The notes beneath the pieces are model-generated. The model was not told the DNA's origin and searched no databases. It was given only the letters and a program-made list of their open reading frames with translations. Of a stretch of DNA of 52,152 nucleotides, positions 38,188 to 48,691 are shown in pieces. Numbering within the stretch: the first letter of the stretch is position 1; each line of letters starts with the position of its first letter. Source of the stretch: Girardia tigrina (Eukaryota); assembly GCA_001938485.1 (NCBI GenBank), contig MQRK01233751.1:7110-59261 (forward strand), given 5' to 3'. Position numbers and translations under genes: made by a program.

Positions 38188-39050
38188 TGTTACGATACAG
38201 ATGACTTAACCGTCCCGATATTGACACCATCCCACATGCATGGAAAGTTATGATAAAGTGGGTGATAATCTAACTCGATTATTACCATTACGTGTAAATA
38301 AATCCATGCACATGAAGGACAGCGAACAATAACGGGAGGCCAGTAGACATGAGTACAAGTGGTCGAGAGTACAAAGTTTCCCGAGATTGGATGCGAGCTA
38401 GATGATGAAGATTTAAACATCGAAACCCCGAAAAAGCCATAAGGACTAACCCAAGAGTAAGAGAGGCCAGACAAAAAGCAACAAAAAAGTGCATCGACCG
38501 CAGAATATCTACCGCCCCGAAAGGTACCAAAGAACGTTGTCAAAGACCCTTAAGACACCCTCGAAGAAGTCTGTAAAACAAAGATAAAATCGAAGTTAAT
38601 TAAGAAAATTAATTAAAAACCGTGAATCATGATGATTCAGACCCACATGCTAACCCGAGACGTCTGCGGAATCACTCTAGATAAACAAATGTTAAAAGAA
38701 TTACCCGACAACCTGATAGCGAACGAACGAGGTAAGAGCAACAGATGGTCGCCTGGGAGGAGAAGACATCCTGAGACAACGGTTTTCGCAGAATCAAGAA
38801 CGAATATTGATGGCAGCAACAGCGGACCACAAACGACGATCAGATTGAATATTAACGATAACCGGATAGTTAAAATAGATAGAGCAAACCTCTCCGATAT
38901 GGTTATTTACAAACCAGAGTGAACTGCTACCATAACCGTGAATCACGTATGTTGCGACGGTTAACTGAATAAACAGCGAAATCATGCTTTCCCCCCTTTC
39001 CTCCTTCCAGTCATGTAAACAGTATGACGACAAAAGAACGTCAGTTTTTC
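38188..39050 (+). other. GC-elevated unidentified insert, possible retroelement LTR/gag relic
   Basis: Starts TGTTACG exactly where the mariner relic stops. A-rich purine-skewed plus strand with ORF 38629-38922. No diagnostic motif. Confidence 0.3.
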
Positions 39051-42000
39051 GAGATTATGTATTATATGGTTAATATGGTTAATTATATGGTTAAATTATA
39101 TGGTTAAAAAAACTCCGTAATTCACTGAAAAACATGAATAAATTAGGAAATTTAAAATTGTTATATTAATAATTTTACTCCAATTAAAATCTTCCATTTG
39201 CACATATATTAACGGAATGTATTGTTGAAAAACATAGAAAACTCAACCTTCCTTTTCCAATATGTTTCGTGAAATTTCTAATTCAAGTTATCTGATCCAT
39301 TAATTCATTTGAAATAACATTTTCCGCCATTTATCCGATTCCATTTCCACGAAGTTGAAATAAATATAAATCGATAAAGATAATTATCGATTTCAGAATT
39401 TGTATTAAAAATTAAGATAAAAATTAAATTAATATGCATGTAAAAGTATTAAATGTAAAAATAATCAATAATAATAAATATAAATATTAATTTATGTTTA
39501 AATACATAACTACAAATTATGAGGATTACAAATAATATAATATTAAATCTAGATAAACATTTCAAAATACAAAATTAGTCATCCATCTGTATGTGACCAT
39601 TTACGGAAAAGTTCGTCTAACGAGAAAAGTGACAATAAATAGGGTACTTCTCGATCCTGTGTAGCTCGGTCTCATTATAATTTATAAAATTAAATTCACC
39701 ATCGGTGATTTCAATGGAAAATATTTCGAATAAAATTTTTCTAAACTGTTAAAGAAAGTAAAAACATTTGTGTCTTCGTGCGCTAGCTTTTGCTTCTGAA
39801 TCAGATTAATATCTTCTGTTTACAAAAATTATACCTTACAGTGAATAAAGATACTGCTGCTCCATTATCACCGCCATGACCTGCAATATCCTTCTGATGT
39901 TCAGGACCTAGATCACATTTCCTTCAAATGCTTCGTAGAGATCGAGATCGCGCATCACATCAAAATGATTTATAATGTATTCGTCCGATGATGTATTCTG
40001 CAAGATACGAATAAATTGCCAATCTCTATTCATTCACAATGCATCGTAGATAATAATATATTGGACTGAATATGTTCCTGATTCGAGCATAATTTAAAGA
40101 TTTACATTTTAAAAAAGTACCAATTTAGAAAAAAGTAAATCAAATTTAATTTCAGATAATTAATCTAAATAATATACACATTTTTTGCTTAACTTAATTG
40201 AAGCAACGCAGTGTTCTTGTAAAAGGTTCGTTAATCAAAAGAATTTGTTAATATTTGTAAATATTCTTATGTTTTGTTTCAGCGAGAAAGAATTAAGAGA
40301 ACAAATAAATTTTAGGAAAATTGTTCTTAACATTAAATACAGCTATCCGGTCGGTCGATTCAAAGAGTAGCTTGAGATTACGAACGCCCTTTACTTAAAT
40401 TAACTCTTCGTAAAATGCTTAGAAGTAAGTTTCGAATAATGAAAGCTAAAGCAAATGATTGGATAAATTTGACTTTCGTACATTAACCTAAAAATATGTC
40501 TCTATAGTTAAGTGCTTTTCTGTTTACGATTTCAATAAAAATAAATACCGATATATACCAAAAACATCTAAGTTTAATATTAAATTAAATATTCTATTAA
40601 TTCTTTATAGGAAATTTATCTATGATCTCGACTCCACATAAGTGTTTTGTGAGCTTTGCCAGACCCTCAAGACTGACATCGTCCCAGAGTCCACCCTTCT
40701 TGAATTTGTGGTTGTTGATTCACAATGGTGTCCTAAACGTGCTAATAATTAAGTTTCTTTTAATATATCTTTTATATTCGAGATGTAGTTTAGGACGTTG
40801 TGAGATAAATATTGGAGTTAATAGTAATTTTTCGAAAAGAATATGTGATATAGCACTTTCTTCAGTAGTTACAATGAAGACTTAATATGAATAATATAAT
40901 ATGACAGACAAAAATGAGCAAGTTCAAATATAAAAATAATTATTTGTCATTGATTCAAAATTTTTAATTTTTGAATTCTCTTAGCGATATAATAAGGAAC
41001 AAAGTATAAAAAAATTTTTAAAGAAAATTATATTTATATATACACATTACAATAATATTTATATAGAGTAAATAAAAAGATATCAAAACGAAATTTCCAT
41101 TAATTTTTTTGGAGTCTCACCATTTAATCAAATAATCAATTTGAAAAAATTAATTTAGATGTAAATAAATATTTAATTTTAGAATGACAATTTGTACTGA
41201 AAATTAATATATTAAATTAAATTAAAATTTATGTATAAGTATTTAATGTAGAAATAATAAGTATAATTAATATTGCGTTTCTGGGGGAATTATTTAACTA
41301 AGAAAAAAGACAACAAAAATATTCACATATATACTTCTCTTATGTACTGTAGCGGAGAAGGTAACAATTTATTTGTTAAAGATTTAATTAATTTGTATTT
41401 TGAGACAAACGATTTTATAAGTTTAGTTGCTTTAAGTTGGCAAAAAAGTTCAATTTGTATCACATAATTCAATAATTTATTCGATAAAAAAATTTTTAAT
41501 TATTACAAAATATTATTTATTTAATTTACTTTTAAAAATATTTTTAAAATAAATAAAATTGTACAAATTAAATGTCAAATACAGTATAAATTTAAATATT
41601 TGCATGAACCATAAACAAATACATCACAGATTTCTATAAAAATTCAAACAAAAACGATTTAAATAACTTATTAGAAATAACTTGTAATTATATCGAAGAG
41701 AGGATCATCGTGAAAATTGTCCGTCATCAGAGATGTCGAATCTTGTTGAATCTTGTTCAGCTCATAGCGGACTCGAATTGCAAATATTGTTAAACAAAAA
41801 TTATAGTTCAATGGTATCTTGAAACTGACTTAGTGAACTGAATCACATACGCGAAATCCAATAGGTTGCTGTTTTTTGTATTGTTAAATTATATGTATGG
41901 ATTTAAACAAAATATTGTACAAATTAAATTATGTATTGATTAAAACAAAATATTATACAAATTAAATAATAATCAATTCATATAAAAGAAAGTTTACATA

Positions 42001-42269
42001 AAAGATAACCAATGGAAATCCATCGGTCGCACACGTGTTTGTATTCATGTCTGGTCAATTATGAGAGAGGTTAGAGTCTGTGAGAGCCAACATTCAAACA
42101 ATTATCCTATGCTATGCAATTATCTTAAGTAGAGTTGTACCATATATCAGCTAACACAATATACTGTCTTTTATTATATTTTACACTGACGGGTTGTATT
42201 TTATATGTACAATTAACTAAATAATATTTTTAAAAGGGTTGAATCAGTATTATAAGAAAACATAGATTA

Positions 42270-43945
42270 ACATCGATCTCATTTTTTGCAATTTGACGAA
42301 ACTCTATCGATTTCGACTTGATTAATAATATAATAATAATCGGTACTAGTTTAATCACTATAATAAAAACGAGTTCTATCCACTTCAATTACAATGGATA
42401 AATTATTTAAGAATTTCAATGAATAAATTTTACCTCGATAATTTCCCATTTTTTCTTGTTTATAATGGGAGTATTCTTCCAATCGATTCCTTTAATCGCA
42501 TTTTCCAATGCTATTTTCTTATCGTCATTGTTTTTCGGCAATTCCTTGACCCATCTCTTGACAATCCTAAATGCGAATATTGTTACACAAAAATTATAAG
42601 TCAGTTCTATTTTTCAACTGACTTGGTAAACGCAATTCCATATCTTCATTATATTATTAAATCTCTTATTTTTATTATTTAATTTTACACATAGAGGATT
42701 AGGGTATCTCGTACATGAATCTAAAATTTCAAAAGTCAGCTAAAGAACATCCAGCGAATCGATGACATCAGTCGGGATTTGCTCCTCTATGTGCGTCCAT
42801 GCACCCTGTTTTAGTCGCTGTCTGAGAGCAGCATCGTCAATATAGGAGTGAATCTCACATCAAAATTAATTTTAGTACTGATTTTAGTTCAATTGGAGGG
42901 AAGTCATCTTTATATATATTAATATTTCTTCTTGTATTATTTTTACTTATTACTTATTATTATTAACTACTTATTATTATTTACTTATTATGCACAAATT
43001 ATTATATTATGTACATATTCCACTTCCCGAACTGAGAAGTCTTTTGCCAAATTTGTAAATTTATTGCCATATTTATTAAAAACTGTAAATAAAATAAATT
43101 TCGCTTAATGTAAATAAATTAACGCTTACATAACTAACTGCTCTAGTGTGATGTTTGATAAATTTATTATATTTTTCTTCATATTTTTTATTATTGTATA
43201 ATATTTATGTATTATTATATATATAATATATATTATATTATACAATAAATTATATTTGTGAGGAATATTTTCTAGTGGCTCTTCAGGATGAATTTGGTCT
43301 TGCTACCATAATGAACAAAATTTTCAAAAAAAAACGATAAATAAAGTTTAGAAATAGTCTTAATATTGATAAAAATATTTGATTCACCTCTGACTTTACT
43401 ATAAATCGAACAATTGTCAAATTTTATGACTTTTCTCAGTGAAGTAACAAAGCATATTTATATAGGCTGTTCTGTGTTATTTAGTTTTTATGGAAATGAT
43501 CCAAGAAAACGTTAATAGTCGACACATCTCCAAAGTTCTAGTGTTAAGCAAAGCATATATATGGTTTATTTATGATATTTTGAATCGTTAACGCAAGTTT
43601 TTTCCAATAGAATTAATGTTCTAAAAGTCATATCGATGTTGCTTATAACAATTCTCAATAAAATTCTGATTGTAACTATTTCAGATATTTTTAATCTCCA
43701 AATATTCAAAAATTTGTGAATTCGCCAAATCCTAAATTAAACAAATATATTTGGAGTTCATTAAAAGTATATGATCTTTTTGTTATTGAAGTATTTTTAT
43801 TCTACCCCGTCAAAAATCTTGCGGGCGTCCATATATTATGAATATTATTTAAGAATTTCAATGAATAAATTTTACCTCGATAATTTCCCATTGTTTTGTT
43901 TACAATGGGAGTATTCTTCCAATTGGTCTCTTTAATCGCAATTTT
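42270..43945 (-). pseudogene. DCP2: Out-of-order DCP2-like fragments: Nudix 3' end (42270-42400), Box B (42420-42650), Box A exon 2/3 piece (43020-43160), Box B tail (43750-43945)
   Basis: IEVDRT...YYIINQVE...EID|gt; YGIAFTK|gtcag...tag|IVKRWVKEL; aaactgtaaataaaataaatttcgc intron shared with Box A copies; tail homologous to 22345-22530. Confidence 0.65.
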
Positions 43946-43949
43946 TACA

Positions 43950-46900
43950 TACGTTGAGACATTATAGTTACAGAAAATTAATTGTAGAGAAGAAAAGAGA
44001 AAACCCACGAGATTCAATTCATTTATTTAAAAGTCATGACAACAGCAAGTGTAAAACGAAGCATTCCTGAGCTTTTGAATTCTCCACGAAACGTTGTGAA
44101 CATCGCAGAAACTAAAACATTATATAAAGAAAAACAGACAAAGTCGTATTAGGACTTACCGGAGAAAGGAAAACTAACAACCACCCCACTCTACATAGGA
44201 TGAGACATGGAGCCAAAGTTCATGGCTGGGGGTGAAGAACGGTGTAGTTCTTAGAAAATTACAAGGTTCTATGTATGCTCAAATGTATCAGGAAACTGTG
44301 ATACATGACATTGATATTTTTTGAAAGTGCTTGATATTTCCAAAACAACAATTCATTTTCAGCAAGATCTTGCACCACCACTCCGTGTACTATCGACATT
44401 TAATTTGTTAACCCTTAAACGACCAAGAAAAAAAATCACGTTGAGTACAAAATGGGGTCTGCTAGACCCCAGTACAGAATTTATATTTTTCGGATACTAT
44501 TATCAAAAAATTAATTTTATTAGTCTCAAAATACAAATGTCACATTGTTGGCTAGACTTTCGATCATTTTGTTGCGAGCACAAATGGCTTCGCCGCTTTT
44601 GATTGTGACGAATTTGTCCACATGGGTTAGGCAAAATAAGTGAATTATCAACTTTCACCAATTCGGTCACTCGTTGTAATAGAAACATGCGTCGAGGATG
44701 GCTGCGAAATTTGGATTTGCGAAATTTGGATGTACAGCTGTATAGAGCACGAAAGCATTGTACGCGCCAATATCCAGTAAATTACAAAATAATTCAAATG
44801 CCCATCTATTCGTTTTTAGTTTAGATGAGCAGCACCACACATTTTGATCGAGAGTATCAACCCCACGTTTCTATGAGTTGTATTCCAGAATCATGTTGGT
44901 TTGTACGGAACATCTTCCGCACACAAGTCATCATGGTACAATGATAACATAAGCACTACAGCTTTTCTTGGCTTTGGTACGTATGAAACAATTGTGCAGT
45001 CCCGTTGAAATCCATAGGTACTTGAAAAAACCTGTCGTTGTCGCGTGGGTAACATTTGCATAGGTAGTTCACCTTTATTTTTACAAACAGTCCCTAGGTA
45101 AGTCAAGCACCGCGCCAATAGAGCGCGAACAAGCACAATATTTGTAAAGAAGTTATCGCCAACGACGTGTCTACCTGTGTTTGTCAGATGCTCAGTTAAT
45201 TCAAGTACAACTCTGGTACATTGTGCCACCTCACGTTCACTACCACGTCGACCAGTGTAAACTTGAAGGTTGACACAATATGAATTCCCTGCATACACTG
45301 TAACTCACAATTTCATACCATATTTACCCGGCTTACTTGGAATAAACATTTTGAATGGGCGACGTCCACGAAACGTCACCAATTGCTCATCAACTGTGAC
45401 AACTGCTCCGGGCTTATAACTTGATCGGCACTTTGTTGCAAAAATGTCAATGACATTTCGAATTGGTGCTAATTTATCATCTCGTCGACGTTCTTCACGT
45501 GTGTCCCTGTCATCAAAGCGTAAATGCCGTCTCAATTCACAAAAAAAGATTGCGGGACATCGTTTTATTGAAAATTGGTCTACCATGTATTCATTCCAAA
45601 GCTGAGTGATTGCTTCACTTTTCGCTCTATAAAGTCCGGCAAGCAGGAGGAGACCTAAAAATCGATACAACTCAACAGAATTTGTTAAAACTCAATTAGC
45701 GTTTTGTAGTCAGCCTTCTGTGTTGGTGTTTTGAACGATAGTAGCTACTATATCTAAACCACAGAATACTTTGAACGTTTTTGTGTCGTGAACTTTGTGC
45801 GTGTCGTGTGGGCCCTGCCTCTTCACGTAAGATATCGTGTTGTCTATGCTGTCTTTCAGCATTAAAAATATAACGAAGTTCCATATTTCAATGCCATTTC
45901 GAGATATCATAACGCCTAGCTCATGATTATTTACCACTTCTAATTCATCGTCACTACTTTTTTGCTCTCTTGGATTGGAAATAACTTCATCATCTTCTTA
46001 AAAATCTTCTTCGTTTTCTTTATCATCTGGTCAAGTAAAAAATAATTATATCTTATAAAAGATAACTCTAAATGAAACCTTCGAAAATATCATCACCAAT
46101 TGATGTGTCTATTCGCCTCAATTGCAGCTATTCTAGTTGGACGTTGCATATTCAAAAAAATTTAAAATTTATAAAACGATTTGAAAACAATGAAAATGCT
46201 AATTTATGCAGTTGTAGAGACGTACATACAATTCGAATATAACTGACTGGCCGTGCGTAGACATATATAAATGCACCAGCAAACAAGACAATAAATGTGT
46301 GCGCTTATATAACCTAATATATTCACATATAAATGGCTAAAAGTATGTACATGACATTTATGAGCCTTTATATACCAATTGAGTAACTCATGTATAAAAT
46401 GAACATATGTACATATGAATCTTGCTATTATTACTTATTATTATTATCAAAATGCATAGCAAAACTTTTAATATTTCATTTTGCCAATTATTCATTTGGG
46501 GTCTCACAGACCCCACATGGTATAATTTGTGACAATTTTTAAAAAACCCTGTTCCTAAAAAACTAAAAACGTTAGGCGGACCAGCTTTTCGTAAACTCTA
46601 CATCCATATTACGTAAGAAATGTCTCATAGTTTAGATTCAATTGGATTTGAATTGTTCAAGTTATTTATATTTTAAAATCTTTTGAGTTCCAGTAGACCC
46701 CAGTCATTTAAGGGTTAAAAAAAGAAGAAATATGGCCGCGCAATTCACCAGACGAAAATTTCTATCGAAAATATATGGGGACTTTTAAAAAGGAAATTAC
46801 AGACGATTAAGGTGCACATCGTCAGAACAGCTGTGGGTGGCTGTTCAAAAAGTATGGTACGAACTATCAAAGGACTATTGTAAAAATCTTGTTGAATCCA

Positions 46901-47040
46901 TGTCCAGGCGAATAAAAATGATAAAGACATGAAAGGACATTCAACTAAGTATTGAAAGTTCCACGTAATAGATGTTTTGTTAAAAATTTAATCTTTTTCT
47001 CAAAAAATAAGGGGGGTGAACAGACTTATGAATCATACTG
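43950..47040 (+). mobile_element. 5'-truncated Tc1-like element split by a piggyBac insertion
   Basis: RHGAKVHGWG...LQGSMYAQMYQE...FQQDLAPP...STFNLL, then the insert, then WPRNSPD.N.IENIWGLLKRKL...LW.AVQKVWYELSKDYCKNLVESMSRRI...KGHSTKY* (stop 46953-46955). The right TIR reverse-complements to TA|CAGTATGATTCATAAGTCTGTTCACCCCCC. Confidence 0.9.
44412..46714 (-). mobile_element. Full-length (2303 bp) defective piggyBac transposon
   Basis: TTAA target duplication at 44408-44411 and 46715-46718. TIRs CCCTTAAA(C/T)GAC. Subterminal palindromes TGGGGTCT...AGACCCCA at ~44453 and ~46497. Transposase pieces LRFDD, VTVDEQLVTFRGR..FKMFIPSKPGKYGMK, GDNFFT, YVPK and a C-terminal Cys-rich domain, with several stops and frameshifts. 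Confidence 0.95.
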
Positions 47041-47449
47041 TAAATGTATGATATACTTTACAGTATTTTTAAATTTTTATTTTATAAATTTTAAAATTCA
47101 AACATTTTAATGAGTTCGCAACAATCGTAGCATAAATCCTTGACAATTTTGGTTGATGTTTTCAAAAAGGCTAGATTTCAGTTAATTTCCTAAATAGAGT
47201 GGTAAATCCTTAATTCGGTTTTTACAGAAAAATCCGTTCCCCATTAATTACTACAAAATCAACCTAAAAATTTATTGAAAAAAAACAAAAAATCTGCAAT
47301 TATAAAAATAAGAACTGAAAAATATAAATTAAAGTTTTTCAAATTTTAAAACTCGGACAAAAATAATAAAAAAATCTAAATTAAAATATTCAAATAAAAT
47401 ATGTAGATAGTTTATTTAAAACATGTTTGTTTTTATTAATCAAAATCGA

Positions 47450-47790
47450 GTGAAAAATTGCTTGTGAGTGGATCTCGCCGAGTGCAGTAAGTCCAGTTTC
47501 TTTCATAAAGATGTTTCTAAGGTAATTGACTTTCGATAATGTTTCTTTGTGAAAACTGGTAGATGAGATAGGGTTAAGAAAGAAACAAGTACATGCTATG
47601 GGGTTAATCACGAAGAGTGTCCAATGTACATTTCGGATGTCGATGGGGATGAATACAAGTTTACAGCTTCTAAGATATGTTGTGTTGATCGCGAGCATCG
47701 AAAAGGACGATTGGGTATAACAGAAGATAGAAGATTAGTGATGGTGACGATCTTTGTGACTCCAAATTTGCTTGAGTGTGCAATATGGTT
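47450..47790 (-). pseudogene. Ulp1/SENP (peptidase C48) fragment, possibly TE-derived
   Basis: KLVFIPIDIRNVHWTLFVINP...CFFLNP matches the C48 motif (I/V)FIP.....HW.L.VI......Y.DS. The catalytic Cys region is missing. Confidence 0.65.
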
Positions 47791-47994
47791 AGTTTATTTA
47801 TTTACATTCTGCAATTTATTTACATTTATAATTTTTTATTATGTATTTAATTTATGTTCTATCATCATTTTATTTATATTTATTATTTATTTTATTTGTA
47901 TTTTATTATTATGTTATGTTAAGAGTTTTTAAATGATGTACTGTTTACGTATTGATTACATAATCATTAACTGCACTATATAAGTAAATTTCGT

Positions 47995-48055
47995 TTGAAA
48001 AATCATGCGTTCTGACGATGACAGTTAAACCGTCGAAAGTAATAAACATTTTCAA
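47995..48055 (+). ncRNA. Minimal type I hammerhead ribozyme motif (Penelope-like element type)
   Basis: Core CTGACGA (48012), T, stem II GAC(A)GT-TAA-AC(C)GTC, GAAA, 4-nt loop GTAA, TA cleavage site. Stem I is GTT/AAC, extended by TTGAAAAAT/ATTTTCAA across a 5-nt bulge. Confidence 0.6.
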
Positions 48056-48538
48056 TTGGCTTTCGAATTTCAATTTTTAATATATTTTCCATTTAATTAA
48101 ATTTTTGATATCTTCTATTTATTCTAAAACATTATTTAAAAATAATTTATTTAAAAATTATTTTAAAATTTAATTTTTCAATAATTTATTTTTTCAATTG
48201 AAATTTTTCAAACTTTCAATACAACTAAAAACCTAGATAAAGATACACAAAAATGGGAAATAAAAAAATAAAAATACGGACCGTATTCATGATTCCGCAA
48301 ACTAAGAAATTTTTAACATTACAAAAGATTTTAAATAGCTAATATTAACAACATCAAAATTTGAATGCAAACATTTATTTAAAACACAAACAAATTCTTC
48401 ACAACAATTTTCAGAGGTCATCTTTCTTTGATTAATAATGCTTTTGAATAAATATTCATATATAAAAAAACAATGAATGGGGAATTTTAATATTACATTT
48501 TAATTTCTCATAATTTTATTGGATAAAAATACATTATG

Positions 48539-48691
48539 TGTAGTGTCGAGAAAAGATTTAATTAATGAAAATTCAAATATTAATTAAATCTTAAAAAAAA
48601 TATATTTGTTTAAATAATTGATTGTCGATATTAAATAAATGTTTAATTAATCGTGTTCTTTCTAGTCCTAATTTATTGATACGATTTTACA
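48539..48691 (+). repeat. Putative 5' LTR (153 bp) of the Gypsy element
   Basis: TGTAGTGTCG...CGATTTTACA imperfect inverted ends and an internal AATAAA, directly upstream of gag. No PBS or partner LTR is visible in the window. Confidence 0.4.

Noticed and set aside
39840-40090. Coding-like patches here and at 29480-29800 and 42690-42860
   Set aside because: No recognisable motif in any frame, and too disrupted to call.
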